From Cycas panzhihuaensis (taxonomy: Eukaryota > Plantae > Cycadophyta), in the NCBI GenBank assembly GCA_023213395.1, contig CM041465.1, forward strand, positions 206,715,741 through 206,779,740: a stretch of DNA of 64,000 bases. The letters run 5' to 3'. The notes below the pieces were generated by a model. That model did no database searches, was not told the DNA's origin, and worked only from the letters and a program-made list of their open reading frames with translations. Every line of letters begins with the position of its first letter. Position 1 is the first letter of the stretch. Shown piece after piece: positions 1 to 13,285 of this stretch. Both the position numbers and the translations under genes were made by a program.

Positions 1-1992
1 TATCCCCATTTCATTATGATGGCTATAAAATAAGTTTTTGTGGCAAAGGAGATCCCATAAGGTGCGTATCTTATAGGTAAAATGATTACAATTTTAAATT
101 GAATGGTCCAATCAAAGCAAGGTTCACATAGAAGAGATCAAGAATATGTCATGGTGGGTAACTTTATAGAAGATTTATAGGATGTGTTACATCCTTAATC
201 ATAAAATGGTCATGGGATGCATGAATCATGTGGAGTTCCAAGAGCCACCTTAGGAAAATAGTTAATTATGAAAATCTAAATTAACTCAAATTGAGTTAAT
301 ATATAATGAGAAGGTAATCCCTTATCTAAGATTACAATGTGAGAAAACATGAGGATTTGGCATAGTAAAGTCAAAAACATGCATGTAAGGGGAAAACCCT
401 AAAGGTTAAAATCTAGTTATGAAGATAACCATAAGTAGAGGATGGAAAGTATCATAGAGTTATACCTTTATTTATCCAACCTCCATCAACAATTATCTAA
501 TTAACTAACTAAAGTAGGGTTAGTATATATGATTCAAATCTAGCACCCAAAAATAAGTGAAAGATTACCTCCACCATTAGCTAACCTTGATCTATAGGCA
601 ACTAACTTTCATCATGATGAATATCTTCATGGTAATAGAGGGTCATATTTCACAGTACCATAGTGATTGAGACCACTCTAATGGCCACACTCATAAGTCT
701 ATTATAATAATAACACCAACTTATAGGGAGTTGCATTAGACCAAATGGCCATCACAAAATTTATCACCTCAACATGGGGTAAGATCATTCCCTAATACAA
801 TGGTTATAGATCAACATAACATAGGAAAGGTCTAAACTCTCATAAGAGATATTCTTCACTAATTTGTAATGCAAGTGGAGGAAACTTATAAGAGAATACA
901 TTATAGTTTAAAAGGGGTTCAATTGTGACTTGTGAAAAGAGAGAGAATTATGAGGGGTCCTTTAGGTGATTTTTTTTTTCTCTTTTTTTTTTTCTCTTCT
1001 TTGTCTTTTTCTATTTTCATCTTCTCTCTAATTCTTCTTTGTTGATGTCTATCTATATATGTAATTTATATGAATTATACTTTTGGTAAGAGGTAATTCT
1101 AAATGTAATATAACTTATGAAACTAAGAGTACTTAGGAAGCACATTTTGTTGCTGGAGGCCTTACTTCATTATAATTGTACCTATTTGTATTAAATGATT
1201 TTGTTGGGTAGCATTTATACACTCAAGTACTCTATTATATATAAAAATTATTTATAATAAAGTGTAAATTACTTTAAGAAATAATTGTTTCTTCAGTTAT
1301 TTTGTGACGTTTTATTGAATAATTTATCATGAGGAATAAAGATATATATATATATTACTAAAGTTATATTGCTTGTGGTTGACCTTTTTATGTTTCCCTC
1401 TGATTCTAAAGTTGAGATTCACTTGAATATATGCTAGGGCTCTCTAACTATGTATTTGACACTTTAACTTTGAATTATTGAGGCACATAATCTACACTTT
1501 TAGTATGTATTTTTGGCATTAATGAGGGAATTTGATAAAGGGTTAGGGAGTATAGTCTAGAGCTATATCCATTATGATTCTATTTGAAGGTCTTTTCCAA
1601 TTGGTTTATCCTAGGTAGATTAATACATTAACCTTCTTTTTAGTGATAAATACTTAAGTGAAATAAGTAAAGCTTATATTTCTCTATTTCTCTTTAGTTT
1701 TTATCTTCTTTTCTTCCTCTTTTCAACATTCTATTTCTTCCCCTTTTCTTTATCTTTCCTTATTACACTCTGAAAAATATCCTTTGTAATTCTATGTAAT
1801 GGCTATTTTATTTATTAGTTTTATATATTATGCATGTCATTTATATCATGTATCATAGGACAAGTCAACTTGGCTATACTGTAGAGTTAGATATCTTGTG
1901 TTTGCTTCACTATCATTTGTTCTTATTTGGCAAACATGTAAATCTTGTCTTATTATTATCTAATCCTTGGGGGGTATAATAATAGGGGAAGA
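1..1992 (+). repeat. 5' LTR of element A (partial)
   Basis: Ends ggggtataataataggggaaga, matching the right copy's ggggtaaaacaatagagaaaca. The end coordinate is approximate. Confidence 0.75.
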
Positions 1993-2000
1993 ATATAAAT

Positions 2001-2018
2001 TGGTGACTATACTAGGGA
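2001..2018 (+). promoter_or_regulatory. Primer-binding site (tRNA-Arg type) of element A
   Basis: tggtgactatactaggga resembles the Tat/Ogre PBS TGGCGACTCCACTGGGGA. The same motif occurs at 26736-26753 (-) and 46033-46050 (+). Confidence 0.75.
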
Positions 2019-2269
2019 CATATCTTCTATAATTACTTTTATGTTTTCTTTTTCTTAGGAACATTACTATATATATCAAACTCATGTTGTTATTAAATGG
2101 CCAACTCATCAAGGAGGCCATACATATAATCATTGAAAGCAAAAAGCATTTATGATAAATTGTTAAATACTATTAAAAAAATAAAATCAAGAAACATTAA
2201 TATAGCTAGGTATACATAGAAATTAATTTAGTTAGGAGGCTAAAAATCCATAAAATTATAATTTTTAGT

Positions 2270-2850
2270 AGATATGGTAGCCTAGGAGAATATTCTTCCT
2301 AGGGCCTACAATGGTCCTATAAATCTTGAAGGTCAATTACACAATATTCCTAAGGTAGCTTTGAAATATTGGCCTATATTTAGTGGAGATGACTCAATCT
2401 CAATAGAAAAATATATTATAGATTTTTCTCCTAAATCCACAAGTCTTATGTTACTATCAGATTATTTATTTATTCTTTGACTGGAGGAGTAATGATTTGG
2501 TTTTATTCGTGTTACCACACACATCTATCAACAGTTGGAATGATTTGATGTAGGCTATTAATTTTGAATATAACAGTAGGAGAATCTCTTCTCCCATCAC
2601 TAGAGAGTTATCTTCCATCAAGAAAGAGGTGAGAGAGACCATTATATAATATGTCAATAAATTTGATTTCATTCCCAATCATATTGAGGTAGAATCAAGA
2701 CGCACTCAACATATCCTAATTGGGTGGTTTTATGAGGGCCTTAATTGTATAATCAAATAGTAGATTACTTCAAAGGGACCATTGAATTTTGAAGTGGCTA
2801 AATCACTCACTCTTGATTTGGAATTGATCATGGATATATTTGTGTAATAA
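2270..2850 (+). pseudogene. gag: Retrotransposon gag remnant (element A)
   Basis: Manual translation across frameshifts gives GQLHNIPKVALKYWPIFSGDDSISIEKYIIDF ... RLFIYSLTGGVMIWFYS..PHTSINSWNDLM, typical Retrotrans_gag motifs. Confidence 0.7.
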
Positions 2851-3183
2851 TAAAAGGATAATCTTTAAGGTAATGTTCTACTAATAGAGCTAGAAGAAGA
2901 GCAAAGTGATACTAGTTAGGATAACAAATTTGATGATAGGATGATACATGAGGATGATACGAAGATAATATTAGATATCATAGGCACTTATATAATAAAA
3001 TATGAGAGTGTTGAGATCATCCTAGTATCTAATAAAGATGAATACATAACAAATATCATTCAAGATGAGCTAGCAATCTTAAATAGCTCTTAAGATATTC
3101 TAAGAGGTCACACTCTAGATCAATAAGATTATATTATCATTATACCTAAATATTTTAAAAAATTTTATAGGGATTCTAAGAGG

Positions 3184-3827
3184 TGTTGGATATTGTGACA
3201 ACAATTGTTTAAGGTTAAAATTTTGGCATGTTTTTGGTGCAGTTTCCCACCCTAATATTTCTCAGGGGGTTCCAAGGGGGGCGGGAGCCCCCCTTGTCCA
3301 GGAGGTATGGGGGGGTGGAACACCCCTTGCTAAGAGCGGATTCAGGGATGATAGCCCTCGATCCAAAAAATTAGCCCTATAAACCTTATTAAAATGTAAA
3401 GAGAATCATGGTTATTTGATACAAATACCCTAGATTCTACGGTTGAGATTCATGCCTTAGATGTCCCTCTCCTGTAGCATATTTTAAGGCTTTTCTTATT
3501 ATTTTGAATGTAATATAATGTACTGTGATGAGGGCAGTGACTGGTTGTTATTCCTGAGAGCACTTTACTATTGAGGTGTACTATTTCTCCATTCTACAGT
3601 AATAAATATTGATACCTTTCCTGTGTAGATATTTCCCTAGCACACTGCTAGGGTTTTACCACGTTATATTAGGTGCATATGTGATGTTTAGCTTGTATAT
3701 TGATGTTATTGTATTATCTATGATTTTAGAACTTGCATGTTAAATCTTAGTTTCGATTCCTATAACTAGTTGCAAAATAGTTTAGATCCTATGGCAGTTT
3801 AAAGTTTGGGACCTTGTATTCTCAACA
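3184..3827 (+). repeat. 5' LTR of copia-1
   Basis: tgttggatattg...ttctcaaca is a direct repeat of 7858-8525. Confidence 0.95.
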
Positions 3828-3829
3828 AG

Positions 3830-3842
3830 TGGTATCAGAGCC
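3830..3842 (+). promoter_or_regulatory. PBS (tRNA-iMet) of copia-1
   Basis: tggtatcagagcc lies 2 nt after the LTR end. Confidence 0.95.
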
Positions 3843-3899
3843 ACTTTTTATTTTGTAGTGAGTCTGTAAAGGTTTTGGTGTCAGGTTTTCTACACCAAA

Positions 3900-6800
3900 A
3901 TAATAAAACTAGCAGGTGCAAAGTTTGAGGTAGAGAAATTCAATGGCAAGAACAACTTCAAGTTGTGGAAGCTAAAAGCGCATGATATTCTTATACAGTA
4001 GGGTTTATACAAAACCCTTGCAGGTAAATCAAAGAAATCCACAGGGATGGACGATGATGATTAGGATGACTTAGACAAAAAGGTACTTAGCACAATATGA
4101 TTGTGCTTAGCAGATGAAGTCTTGTTTAACATCGCAAGGGAAGAGACAATAATAAGAGTATGGACTCAGTTGGAAGGCCTATATATGACCAAATTAGTAA
4201 CAAATTGAATCTACCTGAAGAGGCAACTATACTAATTACAGATGAAGGAAGGTACAAAAATGTTGACCATTTAAATATTTTCAATACTCTTATTTGTCAA
4301 TTGATTAGTATCGATGTTAAAATTGAGGATGAAGATGAGGATGTTACCTTGTTATGCTAATTACCCGAATCCTGGGATAATATTGTCACCTCAATTAGTT
4401 TTATCACTACAGATGTATTGGATTATGATTACAGTGAGTGCTTTACTAATGGAAGAAGTGCAGAGGAAATCTAGTTTTGAAACCTCCACACCATAAGCCA
4501 TGATAGTAAGGGGTAGAACATTTGAGAGAGGATAAAATTCCAGGGATACATCGAGGTCCAAGTCAAAGAGAAAAAAGAGTAAGCTCAGGTGTTGGCATTG
4601 TAATAAGACCGGTCACCTCAAGAAGGATTATTACAAAAGGAAGGAGTTCTAGAAAAAGGGAGATCCTGCTAAGGAGGCAAATTAGGTGGAATCAAATCAA
4701 GGTATGGATGATGATGTCTTGGTCGCTTGTAATATTTCTCATTATCACCATGACTGTCTATTAGATTAAGGTGCTTCGCACCATATGTGTCTACATAAGA
4801 GTTGGTTCTCATCATACCAACCTCTTGATGGTGGTGATGTGCTTACGGGAAATGAAATTTCTTATAAGACAGTGGGCATTAGTAGCATTAGAATTAAGAT
4901 GTTTGATGGGGTAGTTAGAACATTAGCTGAGGTTAGATATATACCTGATTTGAAAAGGAATCTGATTTTCTTAGGTGAATTAGATTCAGGTGGTTTTAAA
5001 CATATAGGTCATGAAGGAGTCCTAAAGGTGTTAAAGGGTGCCTTGGTTGTTATGAAAGCAATAAAGAAAGGAAATCTTTACATTTTAGTGGAAAGTACAG
5101 ATGTCAGCCAAACAGCTACAACATCAAAGACCACAGAAGATCCAACTCAGTTATGGCATTAGAGACTTAGGCACATGAGTGAGAAAGGATTTAGGGTGTT
5201 GATAAACCATAAGTTTCTTCCTAACTTGCAGCTTTTAGATTTAGCTTTCTCTAAATATTATATTTTTGGAAAGCAGTGTAGACTTAGGTTTACAGTAGGG
5301 AGTCACACTAGTAAAGGTATTCTAAATTACATACAGTTAGAGATATGGGGACTAGCCCCTAAAATATCTTGTGGAGGATCCTTGTATTATGTCACATTTA
5401 TAGATGATTTCTCTAGGAAGGTATGGGTCTAGTTTTTGAAAAGGAAATCTAAAGTTTTCAGTGTGTTTAAGTAGTTCAAGGCTCTAGTTAACAATAATAC
5501 TGATAAGACAATCAAATGTTTAAGAACTAATAATGGAGGTGAGTTCAACTCCTTGAAGTTTGAGAACTATTGCAGAGAAGTTGGGATCAAAAGGCACAAG
5601 ACCACTAGCTTTACTCTGTAGAAAAATGGCATTGCTGAGCGCATGAATAGGACACTCTTAGAAAGAGCAAGAAGCATGCTAAGTAATGCAGGAGTGGAGT
5701 AGGGCTTGTGGGTAAAAGCTATTCAAACAACTTGCTATCTGGTAAAGAGGTCACCATCACTTGCAATAGATTACAAGATTCCTAAAGAGGTATGGACTAG
5801 ACATCCATGTGATTATTTAAATTTAAAAGTTTTTGGTTATGATGCTTATGCCTGGATTGACAAAATAAACATTCAAAGTTAGACCTAAAATCTAAGAGAT
5901 ATATCTTTGTTGGTTATGGTAATAAGGATGGTGTGAAGGGATACATGTTGTGGGATCCTATTGCCCATAAAATCACCATTAACAGAGATGTTGTATTTGA
6001 TGAATCTCCCTTTGTAAAATCAAATAGTAGAGAATTTGAAATGAAACAGGAGTAGCAAGATGAACATCAACAAATGTAGCCATCTGTGGAATCAGAAGAA
6101 CAGGAAGATCTTTCTAAAGATGAATCTGCAATAGATTTATAGGAGTATGTGGACACTCCTCTACCAACAGTTAGAAGATCTAAATGAGTCAGTCATCCAC
6201 CTGATAGGTACAACCCGTCTACTTCTATTACTTTGGTTTCTAATGATGGTGAGCCTACATGTTTTCAGGAAGTAGTAGATGATATCCATGGTGAGAAGTA
6301 GAAAAAGGTTGTGTAGGAAGAGATAGATGCTTTAAAGAAAAATAATTCATGGGACTTGGTAGAACTTCCACATGGCAGGAAGACTGTTAGTTCCAGGTGG
6401 GTTTTAAAAAAGATAATAGATGTTGATGGAAAAGTTAATAAATATAGGGCAAGACTGGTGGCTAAAGGTTTTACACAGAAAGAAGGTATTGACTTTCATG
6501 AGATCTTTTCACCAGTTGTCAAAATTGTTTTAATTTGAGTGCTGTTAGCATTGGTAGCTTCTCTCGATTTGGAGTTGGAGCAGTTAGATGTAAAAATAAC
6601 TTTTCTACATGGAGATTTAGATGAGGAGATATATATGGATCAACCAGAAGGGTTTGTATAAGATGGCAAGAAAAGACTTATTTGCAAGCTCAAGAAATCA
6701 TTGTATGGCCTAAAACAATCATCTAGGTAGTGGTACAAGAAGTTTGATGCCTTTATAGAGAGCCAAAATTTCAAAAGAAGTGAGTATGATCATTGTGTTT

Positions 6801-7809
6801 ACTTTAAATTTATGGACAATGGATTATTCATTATCTTGGTATTATATATTGATGACATGCTGGTTGCAAGCAAGAGCATGGCAGAAATCAATAAGCTAAA
6901 GGCTCAATTAGCTAGGACTTTTGATACGAAGGATCTAGGAGCTTCAAAACAAATCTTAGGCATGGAGATACATAGAGACAGGAAAAATGGTAAGCTATGG
7001 TTATCACAGTAGAAATATGTAGAGAAGGTGCTAACCAAGTTTGGTATGGCAAATGTGAAACTAGTGAGTATCCCATTGGCTTACCACTTCATGCTTTCTT
7101 TGAATATGAGTCCTAGTAGTAAAGAAGAAAAGGCTTATATATCTCATGTGCCTTATGCTAGTGCAGTAGGAAGTTTGATGTATGCTATGGTATATACAAG
7201 ACCTAATATTTCACATGCAGTCAGTGTAGTTAGTAGGTTTATGGCAAATCCAGGAAGAGAACATTGGGCTATAGTGAAATGGGTGCTTCGGTATTTGAGA
7301 GGCATAAGTGACTACTGCATCGCCTATGGAGGTACAGGTAATCAGGTTTGTGGATATATTGATTCAGACTTTGCAAGAGATTTAGACAAAGAAGGTCTAC
7401 TTCAAGTTATGTTTTCACTGTTGCAAATGGTCCAGTTAGTTGGATGTCCAAATTGCAGAGCACAGTTGTACTGTCAACCACGGTAGCTAAATATATTGCT
7501 GCATCACATGCTTGTAAAGAAGCAATCTAATTACAGGGTCTATTGGTTGAGCTTGGAAGAAGATAGGAAAATATAAAGGTATTTTGTGATAGTCAAAGTG
7601 CCATTTACTTAGCCAAGAATTTGACTTATCATAGTAGAACAAAGCATATTGCTCTTAAGTATCATTTTATTAGATAGGTTATGGAAGTAGGTGGAGTGGC
7701 ACTTAAGAAGATTTACACCAATCAGAATTATGCTAATATATTCATAAAACTAGTACCGGTAGAGAAGTTCAAATGGTGTTTGACTTCTCTTGGCTTATAG
7801 AAAAGATGA
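3900..7809 (+). pseudogene. copia gag-pol polyprotein pseudogene (gag, Zn knuckle, PR, INT, RT, RNase H)
   Basis: Motifs [72 protein letters not shown] and RTKHI. Start ATG has mutated to ATA and there are many stops. Confidence 0.95.
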
Positions 7810-7845
7810 TGAAGGGTCCAGGAAAGGTACCGGGTAAATTGCTGT

Positions 7846-7857
7846 CAAGGTGGAGAT
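7846..7857 (+). promoter_or_regulatory. Polypurine tract of copia-1
   Basis: caaggtggagat lies immediately before the 3' LTR. Confidence 0.85.
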
Positions 7858-8525
7858 TATTGGATATTGTGACAACAATTGTTTAAGGTTAAAATTTTAG
7901 CATGTTTTCAGCACAATTTCCCCCCCAATCTTTCTCGGGGGGTTCCAAGAGGGGCGGGAGCCCCCCTTGGCTAGGGGTGCAGGGCCAGGGGGGGGGGGGG
8001 GGTGGGGTGGGGGCTGGAACGCCCCCCACTAGAGGGGGTTCAGAGGCGATAGCCCCCGACCCAAAAAATTAGCCCTGTAAACGTTATTAAAATATAAAGA
8101 GAATCAGGGTCATTCGACACAAATACCCTAAATTCCATAGTTGAGATTCATGCCTTGGATATCCCTCTCATGTAGCCCATTTTAGGTCTTTTCTTATTAT
8201 GTTGAATGTAATGTAATGTTCTGTGATGAGGGCGATGGTTGGTTGTTGTTCCTAAGAGCACTCTGCTACTAAGATGTACTATTTCTCAATTCTACAACAA
8301 TAAAGATCAATACCTTTCATGTGTGGATGTTTCCCTAGCACACTGCTATGGTTTTACCACATTATATTAGGTGTATATATGATGTTTAGCTTCTATATTG
8401 ATGTTATTATATTATCTCTGATTTTAGAACTTGCATGTTAAATCTTAGTTTCGATTCCTGTAACTAGTTGTAAAATAGTTCAGATCTTATGGCGGTTTAA
8501 AGTTTGGAACCTTGTATTCTCAACA
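7858..8525 (+). repeat. 3' LTR of copia-1
   Basis: tattggatattg...ttctcaaca, with an expanded G-run. Confidence 0.95.
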
Positions 8526-9730
8526 AGAGGTAAATGTACATATGGTCTTATCTTCACTAGATTTTATATCACTTATAGAGAAAAAGGATGACATTCAATA
8601 CTTAATTTATAGCCTATATTATAATGAAAAAAAAATTGGTTCTAAGTTTGACTCTACACACAATTCAAAACTTATTATAATAACTATTTAGATATCATCA
8701 TCCTTCCATAAAGTTATTAGATATTCTCTAGAGGAGTTTATTGATAACGAAGAGTCTTATATAGTGTCAATATTAAAGGCATAGTAGGATGGAGACATTT
8801 TTAAAGATAAAGAATATGTGTTACCCATCATACTAGGGCATGAAAAACTTAGTAAAGGGTTAGAAGCCTACCAAGAAATTGAAATGGTGACAAAAGTTAA
8901 AGATATAGTCATAGATCATTTCACTAGTAAACTATAATAGGATGACACTCTTAGTGGATTTGAAAAAAGAAGGGTCTTTTCTACAAATAAAGATGATTAC
9001 GATTCAATGTTAAACATGGATTTTGAAGAGGAAGTATCTATCTTTCTAACTAACATACATGATCACTTCTCATATGAGTAGGAAATCTATGTTGCATAAG
9101 CATTCATAATTGACTGTAAAAATTCATCTCGAGATAAGGGTGGGGAAGTCTACCTTGTTCTTAATAAGAGGACAAGATAACAATGCGACCATTGTGACTA
9201 TCATATAAGTAACTAAAAAATAATAGAAGCCTATAGAGAAAATGAATAGATTAAATGTATTAATTATTGATTTAGATTTTAGTTTGATATTTTTTAATCT
9301 TGTATACTATGATCTATACTTAATATACTTTAGTTCTCACTTCAAGATTGGCTTTGACTCTATATTGTGTGACAAAAAATAAAAGCTCCTATTAGACTTA
9401 AAGTCTCCACTAAATCTAATTAGTGAAGTCTTTCTATATCATAAGGGATACTACTGTTACTTGATGGTGTCTAGTAAGGAGATTCTCCTCTTACATAATA
9501 TCATTTTTCACAATCTATAATTGGACGTATAATGTTTTGAAAGCTACATCCTAAAATTATTAAATCTATATGGAGACATTATGTTTGTACTTCTAACAGG
9601 ATAGTTCATGACCAGATTCTACTAAGTTCCTGAGCACTATCACCTTGTACATATTAGACTAAATACTTTTATTTTTAGAAGTTTACCTTTTATCAACTTG
9701 TAGGGGGTTAATAAAAGCAAGGAGACTAAA

Positions 9731-12700
9731 TGTTACCCTCTATTTTTAGTCCCTACTAAAAAAACAGAATGTAAATGGATAAAATAAGTCATGAATTTAA
9801 TAATAAAAGAAGAAGAAGGTTGCATAGATCATGAGATTAACCTACTAGTTTTGAAGATCATTGAAAGCTAGGTTATGAAGTACTAATAAGAGTTAATAAC
9901 AATTAAGATTCATGTTTCATTGAATTTGCTATGACAATTTTATCAATTTAAAGGGTGTCTTACAAGAATCAAGGAATCATCTAATTCTAGAGGTTATTAT
10001 GTATGTTGCAAGAAGTTTCAAAAGGTTCACTTAATATTATATATGGTAATATGCAAATGGAGTTTTATTTAAAAGAATAAAGTGACATGAGTAAGTAAAT
10101 GCCATAAAGCCTCATGTGAAAAAAGAATAATGATCAAGTCATTGTCTTGTAGGAATGCTCTATTTGAGAACATTTTTGAAGAAATAAATGATGACAAAGG
10201 AAGTGTTAACATAGGAAACACCTCATGTGAGAAAGGCTAATGCATGAGAATAAAAAAGTGAGATAGTTACTATGAGTTGTTATTCCTCAAGGAGGCATTA
10301 TTCAAAAATACTTTTTAAAAATATGGGTGTCAATGTGGGAAAGATTAATGTGGGTGGAAGCATATGACGAAAGAAAAAAAAGTTATTTATCAATCATACA
10401 AAATGAGCTTCCACATAAATTCTTATGTGAAGAGATGAACTCCTAAGAATAAGCATTTGTACAAGAAGCCATGATGTAGGAAATAGAGGAAGAATAGACA
10501 ATTCCTATAGATTGTTTGAATATATGAATTTTTTTTCTTACAATATTTTTTAAAAGTAAACCCTCATGATGAAAAGACCACTATGGAAAGTAGCCATGCA
10601 AGACTATATTTATAAGATTTAGAGATTTATAAGAGCATATTTATAAATGGACATACAAAATACAAAAATACAAATACAATTTGGGACCTTGATTCAAAAC
10701 ACACTTTAAATTATAACCATTTATCTCCCATTACATATCATGATTAAAGTCTAATTACTCAATGTGATGATGACCTAATGACTTTAGCAATGCTGACACA
10801 TCATTGATATGATTATATGCTTGACTTATAAGAAATAAACATATGATTATAAAGGCTATGAGACATGAAGTAGTTATTAATCTACATCATGTACCCCCAT
10901 ATCATTCAAATAGATATAGAATAAAGTTTTAGGGGAAAGGAGATCATACAAGTTGCACAACCTATAGGTGGAAGGATTGGAATTGTAAATTAAATGGTCT
11001 AATCTAAAAAGGGTTTGAATACAAGAGACAAAGAAGATCTTGCAGTGGACAAGTTTATAGAAGATTTATATGATGTGTTACATCCTTAATCACTAAATGG
11101 CCATGGGATGCACAAACCATGTGGAATTCTAAGATCCATATTAGGCCAATAATTAATTTTAAAAAGTCAAATAAACTCAAATTAAGTTAACATATAATGA
11201 GAAGACAATCCCTCATCTATGATCGCAATGCAAGGAAACATGAGAATCAAACATAATAAAGTTATATACATGCACATAAGGGATAGACCTTGAAGGTTAA
11301 AAACTAGATACAAAGATAGCCACAATTGGAGGATGGTAAACATCATGGACTTATATCTTTATTCATCAATCCTCGATCAATAATTTCATAACTGATTAGC
11401 TAAAGTAAGTCTACTACATAGGATTCAAATCTATTGACCAGACATAAGTGAAAGATTACATCCACCATTAGCCATTCTCAATTACTAATCAATTAATTTC
11501 TATCATGATGACTATCTCAACAGCAATGTAGGGTCACATCTAACAATACCTGAGTGATCATGACTACTCTAATGACTACACTCATAAGACTATTATAACA
11601 TTAACACCAACTTATAGGGATCATTTTAAAACCAAATAACCAACACAAAATTTACCATCTTAATAGGGGGTAAGATCATTCTTTGGCATAGTGGTTATAA
11701 ATCAATGGAGTAAAGGAAAAGTTTGAATTTAAATTAGAGATATTCTTCATTAACTTATAATGAAAGTGGAGGAAACTTAAAAGATAAGACATTGTAATTT
11801 AAAAAGGGTTTAACTGTGACATATGAAAAAAGAGAGAGTGTTGCAAGAGGTTCTTCAAAGGGAAAAGTTCTCTCTCTTTATTTTTTCTTTTTTCCTTCTT
11901 CTTTTTTCCCATTCTCTCTTCTTTTTCTTTATTGATATTTATTTATATATGCAATTTGGCTAAATTATATTTTGGTAAGAGGTAATCTTAATTGAAATAA
12001 AACTCATGAAACTAAGAGTACTTAGCAAGCACATTTTATTTATAGAGGCCTTAATTCATCATGATTGTACGTATTTGTATCAATTGATTTTGTTGGGTAG
12101 AACTTTTGTACTTAGGCACTCTATTATATACAATGCTTCTTTATAATAAAGCACATATTACTTCAAGAAATAATTGTTTTCTTAATTTATTAAACATATT
12201 ATCAGATGTTTTACTATAAACAATTCATTTTAGGAAATAGATATATATATATATTACTAAAGTTTTATTTCTTGAGGTTGACCCTTTTATGTTTCCCTTT
12301 GAATATACTTAACTCGCATGACTATATACTTTGAATAACACTTTAATGTTTCCCTTTAAATACATGCTATAATTCTTTGACTATTCACTTCAACTTTGAA
12401 TTATTAGGGAGGCATACAATTTATATTCTTATGAGTGTATTTTAGGCATTAATGAGAGAATTTAGTAAAAAGTTAGAGAGAATAATCTAGAGATATACCC
12501 CTTATGATTTCATTTAAAGGTCTTTGCCTACTAGTTTAGCCTAGATAGATTAAGACATTGACCTCATTTTCTATGATAGATGCTCAAGTGAAAGAAGAAG
12601 AGCTTATTTCTCTTTATTTTTCTTCATTTAAAAATCTTTTTTCTTACTCTTTTTATCATTCAATTTCTTCCCCTTTTCTTTATCTTTCCCTGTTATACTC

Positions 12701-12922
12701 TAAAAAATATACTTTGTAATTCTACTTAAGGGCCACTTTATTTCTTAACTTCATATATTATATACATCATATCTATTATGTATCATTGAATGGGTCAACT
12801 TGGAAATACTATAGAGTTGGATATGTTGTAGTTACTTCACTATCATTTATGATTATTTGTCAAATGTGTAAACCTAATCTTATTATAGCCCATCATTATA
12901 GGGGTAAAACAATAGAGAAACA
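9731..12922 (+). repeat. 3' LTR of element A
   Basis: ~10890-12922 matches 1-1992. The start is inferred at tgttaccctc (9731) after purine-rich aaaagcaaggagactaaa and cannot be verified inside the window. Confidence 0.6.
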
Positions 12923-13285
12923 TAGGTAATTGATTTAAATCCTAATCCTATATTACATTGTCTATTACTTTTAAAAAGTGCCCTCATTAATCTTGATTGT
13001 CCTACCTCTATAGCCTTGGAAAATTCCCCAACCCTTGCATAATAAGATCTTAGAACTAAATTAGAGTTTGAAGATCAAAATTTTTAACATCTAGTACAAA
13101 AAATTCTTGTCCTAATTAACATACTTATTTATGTCCCATTCCTAGGAAATATCTTTATCACCATTCCCATATTACTCAACCCTTGTAATAAAACCCATCG
13201 TTATTATTATACACCCCTTCTATAAAAGCATTGATATTTTTTCCTTTGCATTTACACTCTCCCTACCACCAACCTTCTTACTAGC

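Larger units (their letters stand above)
3184..8525 (+). mobile_element. Full-length Ty1/copia LTR retrotransposon (Tnt1/Tork-like), copia-1
   Basis: TG...CA termini, 5-bp TSD AGAGG (3179-3183, 8526-8530), two LTRs, PBS, PPT and gag-PR-INT-RT-RH domain order. Confidence 0.97.
1..12922 (+). mobile_element. Old Tat-type Ty3/gypsy LTR element (element A), gag-only internal region, 5' end outside window, interrupted by copia-1
   Basis: 1-~1992 aligns by eye, colinearly, with ~10890-12922 as diverged direct repeats. A tRNA-Arg-type PBS follows the left repeat and a gag remnant follows the PBS. Confidence 0.75.

Noticed and set aside
10100-10600. Recurring cctcatgtga-like motifs as a CRISPR-like or regular array
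   Set aside because: The spacing is irregular and identity low, within a plant LTR.
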